A DNA stretch of 64,000 bases from Polyangiaceae bacterium (GTDB lineage: Bacteria > Myxococcota_A > Polyangia > Polyangiales > Polyangiaceae), in the NCBI GenBank assembly GCA_044376115.1, contig JBILLK010000002.1, positions 384,001-448,000 on the forward strand. Direction: 5' to 3'. The notes under the pieces were generated by a model, which saw only the letters and a program-made list of their open reading frames with translations, did no database searches and was not told where the DNA came from. Positions 47,408 to 56,115 of this stretch are shown here, in pieces (positions within the stretch are counted from its first letter, which is position 1; each line of letters starts with the position of its first letter). The position numbers and the translations under genes were made by a program.

Positions 47408-48081
47408 TTGAGAAACTCCACATCGACGATCACCCCCCAAGACAGCGCGAGCACCGGGATGACGCTTTGCTGCGTCTCAAGAGTTGCTGCCCCATAGAAC
47501 AGGTCGAAAGCCACCTCTCCGGTAAGGCCGATTCCGGAGGTCAGAAAGTAAGAGACGCTGCCGGCGACTTCTCCACCGATGTTGATGTCGGGACTCAGCA
47601 AGATCGGTGTACCCAAACGACCGTAGAGCAACACTGGAAGGTCGGCGCGGTACGCTAGGACGTACGAGGGCGTGAGGTAGGGCTGAAAAACGCCCGTAAC
47701 AGGGGCTCCGAGGTGCAGGCTCGCACCGTGTTGCAGGCCGTGCCCGTAAACGATGCTGGCCGCAAAATCGAGATACGGGTCAACCAGCGAAAGCGAGGTT
47801 GCTTCGGCTCCTAACTGGGTGCTCAGCCGGTACGGGTTGTTGAAGCGAAAGCCGGTGCCTGCTGCGACCGAGCCGAAGAACCGCGCGCTCGCCCCGCGAG
47901 GAGCGTCGAGCCGCTTCAACGCGCGAGTCTCGCGCTCGCTGAGGGTGGTCTCTGTCGCGGCGTTCGCTTCAGCTTGCTCCGCCTCGGTCTGCTCCGCGCG
48001 GGCCGGCTGTGGAGCGAGCCAAGCGAGCACCACTACCCCGAGCCAGCCGCTCAACCGAAGTTGGATGGGTTCGACATTCAC
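47404..48081 (-). CDS. Probable outer-membrane beta-barrel protein (start approximate)
   Basis: Signal peptide ending ARA, alternating amphipathic strands, aromatic residue near the C-terminus (DVEFLK). Confidence 0.6.
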   Translation of the reverse strand: MNVEPIQLRLSGWLGVVVLAWLAPQPARAEQTEAEQAEANAATETTLSERETRALKRLDAPRGASARFFGSVAAGTGFRFNNPYRLSTQLGAEATSLSLVDPYLDFAASIVYGHGLQHGASLHLGAPVTGVFQPYLTPSYVLAYRADLPVLLYGRLGTPILLSPDINIGGEVAGSVSYFLTSGIGLTGEVAFDLFYGAATLETQQSVIPVLALSWGVIVDVEFLK

Positions 48082-48147
48082 AGCGAATCCAAGGTCCAAG
48101 AGGCCATCGCGTTAACCGTCTTATCCTTTGGTGGACTTGCTTTCGAG

Positions 48148-48235
48148 AGAAATGACTCCGGCGGCCTTCGTCTGATCTTCTCGAAGAGGGCACGAGTCAT
48201 TTTCTGTTTGCTGCATCCGCCTTCGGCGGAATGAC
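48148..48235. repeat. REP/REPIN-like element, long copy overlapping the mutY stop codon
   Basis: AGAAATGACTC...GGGCACGAGTCATTTTCTGTTTGCTGCATCCGCCTTCGGCGGAATGAC. Confidence 0.82.
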
Positions 48236-49363
48236 GCCTTTGCGTTTGCTTGTGCCGCGCTTCGCTTTCGGCTTTGGTTTCGGCGAGCCACCGGCGCAGG
48301 CGGTTAGGACCAGGTGGGCAAGTCGGCTGACGCCCACCTCCTGCATCCTCTCAGGGTCAAACCAGCGCGCGGCCTCATACGGGGGCAGTGGGTCCTCCGT
48401 TTTATTGGCGGCGGTCGCGGTGGCCACCGTAACAGTCAGCACGCGATGGCTCAGCACGTGCTTGATCGTAGGTTGAAGAAGCTCGATTCCCTCGAGTTTG
48501 ATGCCGATAGCGGTCAACCTCGCTACAAGTTCGCCGAGCTCCCCTTCCCCCATCGGCGGCTCCCAAAGCCCAGCGAAGAGGCCCGTGTTAGGCCGGCGCA
48601 TGAGCAGCACGCGGTTCCCCTCTTTGATCACCAACGCGGCCATCGGCTGTGCGCGCACCTTGGTGGCTGACTCGACTTTGGGGAAGTCAGTCATGCGCTG
48701 ATTCGCGAAGGCAGCGCAATCGCCGCGCAGCGGGCACTGGTCGCACTTGGGGGAGCTCGGCGTGCAAACCGTTGCCCCAAGCTCCATCATCGCTTGGTTG
48801 GAGTCCCCAGGCCTGCGTGCATCACAGAGCTGCGTTGCTAGGGCAGCGAGCGTTCGCTTGGTGCTGGCCTTGTCGATGGGCTCTTCGAGAGCCTTCCAGC
48901 GCGCGACCACACGCGCGACGTTGCCATCGACCACAGCCACATGAACGCCGTAACCGATACTGGCAACCGCGCGAGCGGTGTACTCACCGATGCCGGGCAG
49001 AGCTTCGAGCCCCTTGACCGTATTGGGGAAAATCCCAGCGTGGTTCTCGACCACCTCCTTGGCCGCGAGTTGGAGATTTCGCGCACGGCGGTAGTAGCCG
49101 AGCCCTGACCAGTTCGACAAAACCTCGTCGCTCGAGGCCTCTGCGAGAGCTTTCACCGTGGGGAAGCGCGCCACGAAGCGCTGGTAGTAAGGGAGCACGG
49201 TATCGACGCGCGTCTGTTGGAGCATGACCTCCGAGATCCAGATGCGGTACACATCGTTCGTGTCGCGCCAAGGCAGCTGCCGTTTGCGCTGGTCAAACCA
49301 AGCGAGCAAGAGATCCCGCAGGGTGGCGTCAACATCGGCGGCGGCGTGTCGCTTGGTGGGCAC
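48197..49363 (-). CDS. mutY: A/G-specific adenine glycosylase (start approximate)
   Basis: WISEVMLQQT, WSGLGYYRRARNL, LPGIGEYTA, VDGNVARV, C-X6-C-X2-C-X5-C 4Fe-4S motif, GLWEPP. Confidence 0.95.
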   Translation of the reverse strand: MPTKRHAAADVDATLRDLLLAWFDQRKRQLPWRDTNDVYRIWISEVMLQQTRVDTVLPYYQRFVARFPTVKALAEASSDEVLSNWSGLGYYRRARNLQLAAKEVVENHAGIFPNTVKGLEALPGIGEYTARAVASIGYGVHVAVVDGNVARVVARWKALEEPIDKASTKRTLAALATQLCDARRPGDSNQAMMELGATVCTPSSPKCDQCPLRGDCAAFANQRMTDFPKVESATKVRAQPMAALVIKEGNRVLLMRRPNTGLFAGLWEPPMGEGELGELVARLTAIGIKLEGIELLQPTIKHVLSHRVLTVTVATATAANKTEDPLPPYEAARWFDPERMQEVGVSRLAHLVLTACAGGSPKPKPKAKRGTSKRKGVIPPKADAANRK

Positions 49364-49931
49364 AGCGGCGCAGCTTAGCCTCAGCACGCTGCTGCTGAAC
49401 TGTGTTGATGAACCGTATGCCTGGGAACGTGGGAGCGGCCCCGCGCCAACTGTGACAGCGACGCCTTCGGCCGTTGACGACGCGGCTTCCGCAGAGGAGG
49501 CGCCTTCGGCTTTTCCTGGGCGTGCCATCTATGTGAGATGCCTCCAAGGCCTGGAGGCGGAGGGCAACCCAGTGCGAGATGCACATCGCTTGGCGCTCTC
49601 TTGCGGCCCCTCTGCGGGTATGAAGCCGCTGAGCGAGACCCCGCTCGAGGGCGCTCTAGCGCACGACGGGCCGCCGGCAACGTTCGCCCTAACCCTGCAG
49701 AACGGCCGTTGTTACCGTCTGTTCGGTGCGGCTGACGCGGGCATCACCGATCTGGAGGTCGAGGTTCGTTCGTCGCGCCAGGTGGTTTTGGCCAGCGACC
49801 ATGGGACTTCGCGCTTGGCGGTGGTGCAGGCCGACCGGCCCTTCTGCGCGCTGGAGGACGGGGAAGCGACCATCGTCGTATCGGCGAAGGGCGGGCGTGG
49901 GGCGTTTGCGCTCTTTGCGTGGGTGTTATGA
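49356..49931 (+). CDS. Hypothetical lipoprotein with PPC-like beta-sandwich (start uncertain)
   Basis: LLLNC lipobox-like motif; GRCYRLFG..DLEVEV..VLASD pattern. Confidence 0.6.
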   Translation: MGTAAQLSLSTLLLNCVDEPYAWERGSGPAPTVTATPSAVDDAASAEEAPSAFPGRAIYVRCLQGLEAEGNPVRDAHRLALSCGPSAGMKPLSETPLEGALAHDGPPATFALTLQNGRCYRLFGAADAGITDLEVEVRSSRQVVLASDHGTSRLAVVQADRPFCALEDGEATIVVSAKGGRGAFALFAWVL

Positions 49932-49986
49932 GCCCCCTTGGGCTTTGAGGATTGACGTTGATCGGCGGGAACATTAGTTCGCGGGG

Positions 49987-50514
49987 GTGGCCGAAGAGCG
50001 TGACGGCGAAGGGGCCTCTCCAAAGGCCGAATCAGGCGGGTCTGTTCCCCCGCCCGCCCCGGACCAGGAGCGGCGTCGGCTTTACGAGCGCGCCGTTCCC
50101 GAGGTCATCAAGCGCATCGTCGAGCGCGCCGTTGAAAGTGGCGTTGAAAAGCTGAACGAGATCGGTGAGCGGCCCGACAACCTTCGGCATTTTCTCAGTG
50201 AACTGCGCCTGCCCAAAGAGGTGCTCGCTGACGTCTATGCCCAGGGGGACGACACCAAGAACGGGCTGTATCGCGTGGTCGCAAAGGAGATTCGCGACGT
50301 CCTCGAGCACACGGCCATCGCCGACGAGATTGCGAAGGTGCTGACCAAGCTCTCGTTCGAGATCAAAACCGAAATCCGCTTCGTCCCCAACGACCGTGCT
50401 GAAGAGGCCGTCGAGGGTGAAAAGACAGAGCGTGAAGCCGTCCCTGTTCGCCCCAAAATCACAAGTGAAGTGAGCGTGAAAGAGCGCGGCACGAGCGACC
50501 CAAAGCGCAAGTAG
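49987..50514 (+). CDS. Hypothetical helical protein
   Basis: 175-aa ORF, typical codon usage, amphipathic helices. Confidence 0.7.
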   Translation: MAEERDGEGASPKAESGGSVPPPAPDQERRRLYERAVPEVIKRIVERAVESGVEKLNEIGERPDNLRHFLSELRLPKEVLADVYAQGDDTKNGLYRVVAKEIRDVLEHTAIADEIAKVLTKLSFEIKTEIRFVPNDRAEEAVEGEKTEREAVPVRPKITSEVSVKERGTSDPKRK

Positions 50515-50565
50515 CGCAAGCCTTGAGTGTGCTCTTTCGAGCACGTTGGAAGACCGGAAGACCGA

Positions 50566-51039
50566 ATGACGATCGACAAGAAGAAGCCATACACAGGCGG
50601 CGAAATCGACGCTTTTTGCACCAAATGCAAAATGGACCTCAACCACCGCATCATCGCGATGGTTGGTGAAGATGTGAAGCGCGTCGAGTGCCTCACCTGC
50701 CATGGAGCTCACAACTACCGACGACCCGCCGCTGAACGGGAGCGGGAGAAAGAGCAAAAGGCCCACACCAAGGCCATCCACGCTGGCACCTCAACCAAGC
50801 GTGAGCCGAAGTCTGCGCCCAAGACTGAGCGCTCGCAAAAAGCGAGCTGGGAGAAGTCCATCGCCGGCCAACCGGCGTCGGCGTTCAAGTCCTACAGCAT
50901 CAAGGCCGGCTTCAACGCTGGCGATCTTGTGAGGCACTCCAAGTTCGGTGACGGCGTGATCGCGCGCGTTCTCGACCCACACAAGGTTGAGATCCTGTTC
51001 GAGGACGGTCCGCGCACGATGGCGCAAAACACGCCGTGA
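50566..51039 (+). CDS. Zn-ribbon protein with C-terminal PcrA/UvrD-type Tudor-like motif
   Basis: CTKC...CLTC; FNAGDLVRHSKFGDGVI. Confidence 0.75.
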   Translation: MTIDKKKPYTGGEIDAFCTKCKMDLNHRIIAMVGEDVKRVECLTCHGAHNYRRPAAEREREKEQKAHTKAIHAGTSTKREPKSAPKTERSQKASWEKSIAGQPASAFKSYSIKAGFNAGDLVRHSKFGDGVIARVLDPHKVEILFEDGPRTMAQNTP

Positions 51040-51068
51040 TCTAGCGGCGTCGCACAGCGCGCTGCGGC

Positions 51069-52277
51069 TCAGCCGTTGCGCGCTGTTTTCTTTGGTGCGC
51101 TGCGCTTCAAGTAGAAGAAATCTCGTTGCGCGGGCGTGCGTGCGTATTCGGCCGGGTTGAACTTCAGGTCCGGGATCAGCGGGCTGCCAAGGCTCGCTCC
51201 AGACTCGCCGTGCTCGAACAAGAAGAAGCGCGGGTAGATGAAGTTCACGTCGAGTTGCGCTGCATCGTGCGCACCAGCCGCTTGCATAGCGCGGCCGATC
51301 GACTGGGCCGTGGTGGACTCACCAAGGCCGTAGAAGAGGAACTTCCCGTCCGACGACAGCCCGATCGCGCTCCTTCGGATGATCGTGTCGCCGCCCACCG
51401 CCGCGCCCCAGTTCTTGTTGAACTCGTGCAAAAGGCCGGGATTAGGCTCGCCGTTCTCGATCAGACACGGCGGAGTCTGCCGATACCAGCTGATTTGGCC
51501 GTCCTGCTCCTTCAACGTTGAGAAGGTTCGTATCGCCATCGAGCCGTCCTGCTTGCGAGCAACCGTGCAGCCAATGTCGCGCGGCGGAAGAAATACGTCG
51601 GTGCCGAGCTTCATGCCGTAGTTGCCGTGCATCGCCTTGAAGCCACCGTTGAACACCGCCAGGAGCTGCGAGTGGTCTTCCTCAGGGATCGACCCAGGCC
51701 TCGACGACCGCGGCACCTGTTGGCTCTTGGGTTCGTCGGTGCCAGCGACCAAGTGGAGCTCAGCTTGCGTCAGGTCGACCGCGACGACCGCCACCGCGGT
51801 GAACGGCCGCTTGGGGTCGGGGTGGAGCTGGGTGCGCCACATCACCACGCTCTTGTCGTCTGAGGGGGCTCGCAAGACAGACCAGACGCCATCGTTCGGC
51901 CCTGCGACTCGCTCATGCAACACCGTCGCCTTGGGCGGAGCCCCGGCCAGCGGATCGACGACGACGCGCTGCCCCGACTCGGTAACCACCACCACGGGCT
52001 CTTGCGACGGCTCTTCCCAGAAGGTTGTTGGGGTTTCGTCGCCACGGGTTTGCACCTTGACGAAGTCCTCCATCCCGTAAACGAGGTCCTCCGCCCAAGC
52101 CACCGGCTTCGGACCTACGATCGCTCGTACGCCGTCGGCAACGGCCGGACCGAAGCCCGGAAACTCATGTAGCGCAAAACGAAAACCGAGCCCCAGCACG
52201 GCGAGCGAGCCGCCTGCAATGAGCATCCGTTTTGCCCAACGCCGCCTTCGAGAAACCTTCGAATCCGTTTTGCTCAC
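51069..52277 (-). CDS. Phosphodiester glycosidase (NAGPA-like) family membrane-anchored protein
   Basis: FNGGFK, RRSAIG, AAQLDVN; N-terminal TM. Confidence 0.7.
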   Translation of the reverse strand: MSKTDSKVSRRRRWAKRMLIAGGSLAVLGLGFRFALHEFPGFGPAVADGVRAIVGPKPVAWAEDLVYGMEDFVKVQTRGDETPTTFWEEPSQEPVVVVTESGQRVVVDPLAGAPPKATVLHERVAGPNDGVWSVLRAPSDDKSVVMWRTQLHPDPKRPFTAVAVVAVDLTQAELHLVAGTDEPKSQQVPRSSRPGSIPEEDHSQLLAVFNGGFKAMHGNYGMKLGTDVFLPPRDIGCTVARKQDGSMAIRTFSTLKEQDGQISWYRQTPPCLIENGEPNPGLLHEFNKNWGAAVGGDTIIRRSAIGLSSDGKFLFYGLGESTTAQSIGRAMQAAGAHDAAQLDVNFIYPRFFLFEHGESGASLGSPLIPDLKFNPAEYARTPAQRDFFYLKRSAPKKTARNG

Positions 52278-52365
52278 GTGGACCCACCTTAGCGCAGCCG
52301 CCCACGTCCGCCCAAAAAGCAGCTCAGCGGGTTGCATATGTTTAACGTCCCGCTGGCTCCTAACC

Positions 52366-52386
52366 ATTCCGCCAAAGGCGGTTGCT
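52366..52386. repeat. Partial REP-like arm
   Basis: ATTCCGCCAAAGGCGGTTGCT, at the stop codon of the upstream minus-strand gene. Confidence 0.55.
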
Positions 52387-54907
52387 ACAGCGGGAAGACC
52401 ATGCCCGTCTGCAACTCGACGGCAACACGCTTGGAGTCGGCGTCCGGAGGTGACCCGTATGAACCGATGCCGACCTCGACCCTATGTGTGCCGACGCAGC
52501 GCAAAAACACGCGCTGGCCCACCGACTCCGGACCGAGCTCACACTCGACCCGCATCACGCGCGGATCGTCGGCGGCAACCTCACCGTCATAGTCGGCGCG
52601 CATGAACAGCACGTCGACGGTCGGGCGCAAACAGGGCCCCATCTCGCGCCACTCGTCGTATTCGACACTCGGGTCGATCACGTCGGCCAGCTGGCCGTGG
52701 CGGGCGCGTCCAACGCGGTAGCGGAACGCGTCGCGCTGCTCCGTCCGCTTGGTGACTCCGATCTTGTCGAGACGCAGGGCCAAGGCGCCAAGAGCGGTGG
52801 CCGTCTTCACCGTGGCCGTCGAAAGGTTCGTACGATCGGGCTCACGGAATTTGTGGATTCGCACGTTGGCCGGCAGGCTCTTGGTCAATAGATCCTGCAA
52901 CCCCAAGTGCATCGACATACGTCCACCGAGGAACACGCGCAGCCCCTCGTGGGGGTCTGAACCGCGGGCCAAGCGAGTGAGCGCGGAAGCGAGCCGCAGA
53001 TTGAACTCCTGAATCGCAGCCGAGAACCAACTATCCATCAGCTGACGCAGCGTCATGCGGTTGAGCGCAATCTTGACGTCGACCTGCCCACCCTTGAGCG
53101 AACCCAAGCGCACCGAAGTCGGCAGCCGATAGGTCGGATCTCCCTCGAACAAAGGCCGCAGTACGTCTTTCAAGATGCTGGTGTTGGCGCGGGCCTCTGG
53201 ACACGGCACTAGCACAGCATCAGCGCCGGGCAGCGCGGGCTCTTCCGGCGGAATGTCGATCGGCACCTCAAGCTGGAGCATGTCGGTCAAGTGGTCGGCG
53301 AAGACTCGGTAGGCGAGCCGATGAAGCAGGCGTTCTGCACCAAACCACGGGATGACCGCCGGTTCGAGGTGCTCGATGATGAGGGTGAAGCCCTCCTTCT
53401 TTTCGTCTCCGCTCGGCTCGCGCAACGTTCCAAACACGAGCCCCGTCTCGCTCGCGCCGGCCTCGAATACGGCGAAGGTGATCGGCCCGTCCTTCGGGAT
53501 CGCGCTGAACGTTCGATAGGCGTGGGCAAGGAAGCAGATGGCGCTGGGACCAGCGTCCGCCACGATCAGCTTGTCGAGCTCATGGTACTCGAGCAGCCCT
53601 GCGGGCAGGCTCTTGTAGATACCGCGCCGAATGGCCACCAGCACCGAACGACGACGCTCTGCCGACCAGCCTGTGGGCATGCAGATCAGGTACCGGTTGG
53701 TGATACCGCGCAGCCGATGATTGACGTGGAGCCCGATGTGGTACGCGTACGCCTCGATCGGATCGAACGGGTCGTAGGCGCCGATGCCTTCTTCATCGAT
53801 GATCGGCGGCGCCGGCTTCTTGATCTGCTCGGGGCTATCCGGATCATTGATGCCGCGTAGCCGGAAGAGCTTGTTGTGATCCGACCAATCTCGGATCAGC
53901 GGCAGCTCGGTGATGCTTGCAGCTGCGCGGATGAACGCCGGGGATTCAACGGCTGTGGATGCGAACCCAACGCGAAAGTCCTCGAGCCGCACGTGCGGTT
54001 GAATCACGCGTTCACGCCAAGCACGGAGAGTGCCCTTGAGATCGACGAAGGTGAGCTCGGCCGGGTTCTCGTAGTCGGCAGGGCGCTTGACTGGCTCTTG
54101 GGTGCAGAGTCGGAAGAACTCGGGGTTCGACCGTTCGGTGCGGGTTGCGACGGTGAAGGAGCGGGCTCCCACGTCGATCACGCACCACTCCCCCGTGCGC
54201 AAATCCTGGCGCGGATCTCTACGTACGACGTTGGCAGGAGCCTGATCGCGGTCGGCTCGACCTAGCTTGCGGAGAATCCCGACGACCTTGCCTTGGCGAA
54301 GCACGGCGATGGCGCGAATGCCGCTGTAGCGCGACCCCTCCCACGTGCCGCCCTCGGGCGAGACGAGGTGAGGTCCTGGCACGATGGGCAGACCAGCTAC
54401 TTGGTTGGCGAAAAGATCCGCGACTTGGTCGGGGCTCGGTGTCGCGTCGTAGCGCTCCACCTTGATCGGCGGCGCGTAGTAGTCCTGCGGCCCATTGCCG
54501 TAGATGCGGGGCGTGGCCTGAATCAGCTTGAGGTAGGGGATCGGCGAGGTCCGCTCGTCGATCAGGAACTCCTGAAACGTAGCCTGCGGCGTGAGCAGGT
54601 TTTCCATCTCCGGCGCCAGCCGAGGCACCGTGTTGTTCATCTCGGTGCCGAAGTAGAAATACTTGGTCGGAGCATTACCGACGAAGGCTGCGATACGAAC
54701 CGGATTGAAAGCCGCCGGTGGTTCGAGCGGTGGCAACGCGAGCAAGTAATCCAGCACGACCATCGTGCTCCACGACTGACCAAAGATCGTCGATTCCCAG
54801 CCAACTACAAGCGTTGGGAACTCGCGTTGCGAGAGACTAGCGACGGAGGTGATGGCCTCAGCCTCAGCAAGTCTTTCCGGAGCGATTGACAGCTCGTAGA
54901 GCGCCAT
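52385..54907 (-). CDS. Hsp70/actin-like (ASKHA) fold protein with unknown N-terminal domain
   Basis: VIDVGARS phosphate-1-like motif, YENP, FDPIEAYAY, MPTGW, FEAGASETG phosphate-2-like motif, FLGGRMS. Confidence 0.7.
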   Translation of the reverse strand: MALYELSIAPERLAEAEAITSVASLSQREFPTLVVGWESTIFGQSWSTMVVLDYLLALPPLEPPAAFNPVRIAAFVGNAPTKYFYFGTEMNNTVPRLAPEMENLLTPQATFQEFLIDERTSPIPYLKLIQATPRIYGNGPQDYYAPPIKVERYDATPSPDQVADLFANQVAGLPIVPGPHLVSPEGGTWEGSRYSGIRAIAVLRQGKVVGILRKLGRADRDQAPANVVRRDPRQDLRTGEWCVIDVGARSFTVATRTERSNPEFFRLCTQEPVKRPADYENPAELTFVDLKGTLRAWRERVIQPHVRLEDFRVGFASTAVESPAFIRAAASITELPLIRDWSDHNKLFRLRGINDPDSPEQIKKPAPPIIDEEGIGAYDPFDPIEAYAYHIGLHVNHRLRGITNRYLICMPTGWSAERRRSVLVAIRRGIYKSLPAGLLEYHELDKLIVADAGPSAICFLAHAYRTFSAIPKDGPITFAVFEAGASETGLVFGTLREPSGDEKKEGFTLIIEHLEPAVIPWFGAERLLHRLAYRVFADHLTDMLQLEVPIDIPPEEPALPGADAVLVPCPEARANTSILKDVLRPLFEGDPTYRLPTSVRLGSLKGGQVDVKIALNRMTLRQLMDSWFSAAIQEFNLRLASALTRLARGSDPHEGLRVFLGGRMSMHLGLQDLLTKSLPANVRIHKFREPDRTNLSTATVKTATALGALALRLDKIGVTKRTEQRDAFRYRVGRARHGQLADVIDPSVEYDEWREMGPCLRPTVDVLFMRADYDGEVAADDPRVMRVECELGPESVGQRVFLRCVGTHRVEVGIGSYGSPPDADSKRVAVELQTGMVFPL

Positions 54908-55114
54908 AGGGGAAAACTCGTGTGTCGTGGCGGCGTAAGGAGGCGGCTCAAGGGGAAACCGAGCCCTGCCGTGGGACCCGCATGGTCGTCACAGCACAAC
55001 GACTGCAGAGTGCGGCCGCGCCAGGACCTTACCAAAACCCCGCAACCACCAAGAAACTTTTTCCTCCATGGTTGGCGAGCGGGGCGGACCAATCCCCCTC
55101 TCGCGCCACAAACG

Positions 55115-55180
55115 AAAAAACGCCCGGACAAATCCGAGCGTTTTCCCCCACACCTAACCTCTTTCTCTAGCGAGAAAGAG
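55115..55180 (-). terminator. Two hairpins downstream of tRNA-Gly; the distal one has a U-tract
   Basis: CTCTTTCTC..GAGAAAGAG (55159-55180) and AAAAAACGCCCGGA..TCCGAGCGTTTT (55115-55144). Confidence 0.65.
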
Positions 55181-55201
55181 ACTTGTAGAACCCGCACTTT
55201 G

Positions 55202-55274
55202 AGCGGGAGACGGGATTCGAACCCGCGACCCTCAGCTTGGGAAGCTGATGCTCTACCAACTGAGCTACTCCCGC
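55202..55274 (-). tRNA. tRNA-Gly(CCC), CCA not encoded
   Basis: GCGGGAGTAGCTCAGTTGG...CTTCCCAAG...GGTTCGAATCC...CTCCCGCT. Confidence 0.95.
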
Positions 55275-55290
55275 AAACGCGACGACGCAG

Positions 55291-55319
55291 ACGGTAGTCG
55301 AAAGCCGCTGCCTTGGCAA
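55291..55319 (-). promoter_or_regulatory. Sigma70-type promoter of tRNA-Gly
   Basis: TTGCCA-17 nt-TACCGT. Confidence 0.55.
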
Positions 55320-55378
55320 GTGGCTGCGCTTTGTTTCGGCGTTACGCAGCGGCTCCTGCCAACTCGAAGGGCGAACGG

Positions 55379-55396
55379 CGCCTTTGGCGGAATGAC
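55379..55396. repeat. Partial REP-like arm
   Basis: CGCCTTTGGCGGAATGAC, compared with CGCCTTCGGCGGAATGAC at 48218-48235. Confidence 0.5.
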
Positions 55397-55424
55397 TGGC
55401 AGCCCCCGACGGTTCCAGGTGCCG

Positions 55425-55886
55425 ATGTCGAAAGAGACGATTCTATGGGCCCACCTCGCGCAGACGAGCCACTTCGACCGGCTGGTGGCAAGAGCGGCGC
55501 TTTCGATACGAAGCGTCGAGGTCGAGGAGGAGGTCAGCGTCGATGGCGCGCTCGCCTCCCTGAATCGTCCAGCCCCATTTCGACCGACCTTGGTCTTGGC
55601 GTCGTTGGACTTGCCGAAGGCTCCGCAAGGCGCGGCAATCGTCGCGCGCGCAGCCCTTGCTCAAGGCGTACCTGCGATCTTTCTCGGCCTTGGAAGTCGC
55701 TGGGTAGCTGAGGATCTTCGCGCCCTGCCCACGCTCGACGGAGAGGCGACCAGCCAGGAGTTTCGCGCAGCTTGGCGACGAGCCAAGGCAATCCTGCGCC
55801 AACGTGAGGAGAGGACTTCCCTCGCGGCGCCGCTTTCGTTAAGAGAAAGCCGTCATGAGCGCCAAGGTTGTGCAGACCCGATGTGA
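55425..55886 (+). CDS. Degenerate receiver-like domain protein
   Basis: DGALASL..PTLVLASLDLP..G..VPAIFL resembles a CheY fold, with Ser at the phosphoacceptor position. Confidence 0.5.
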   Translation: MSKETILWAHLAQTSHFDRLVARAALSIRSVEVEEEVSVDGALASLNRPAPFRPTLVLASLDLPKAPQGAAIVARAALAQGVPAIFLGLGSRWVAEDLRALPTLDGEATSQEFRAAWRRAKAILRQREERTSLAAPLSLRESRHERQGCADPM

Positions 55887-56076
55887 GTGTCAGGCCACTC
55901 TTTTTGCTGAACTGACAGCGGACCGTTGTGTCGCTGCTGGTTACGCGGCGCGCGCAGGCAAGCGGGAGACCTCCCCTGCGCACTCGATCAACAAGGACGG
56001 GTCGCTCTTTGACGTTGGTTGGCTGTGCCCGTACTGCGGTCGAAACGTCATGAGAACGTTCGCGGCAACAGCCTAG
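55855..56076 (+). CDS. Small putative Zn-binding protein
   Basis: CEC...CPYCG in 73 aa; purine-rich sequence before the ATG. Confidence 0.6.
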   Translation: MSAKVVQTRCECQATLFAELTADRCVAAGYAARAGKRETSPAHSINKDGSLFDVGWLCPYCGRNVMRTFAATA

Positions 56077-56115
56077 CTCGCTCGCTTCCCAGCGCATTCT
56101 GGTGTAGGCCAGGGC

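Noticed and set aside
49952..49980. Sigma70 promoter giving a leaderless transcript at 49987
   Set aside because: Good -35 (TTGACG) but poor -10 (TAGTTC); not supportable without TSS data.
54930..55005. c-di-GMP-I riboswitch-like words (GGAAACC...GGGAC)
   Set aside because: Lacks the GNRA-capped P2 stem and GCAAAGC, and is on the wrong strand for the adjacent gene.
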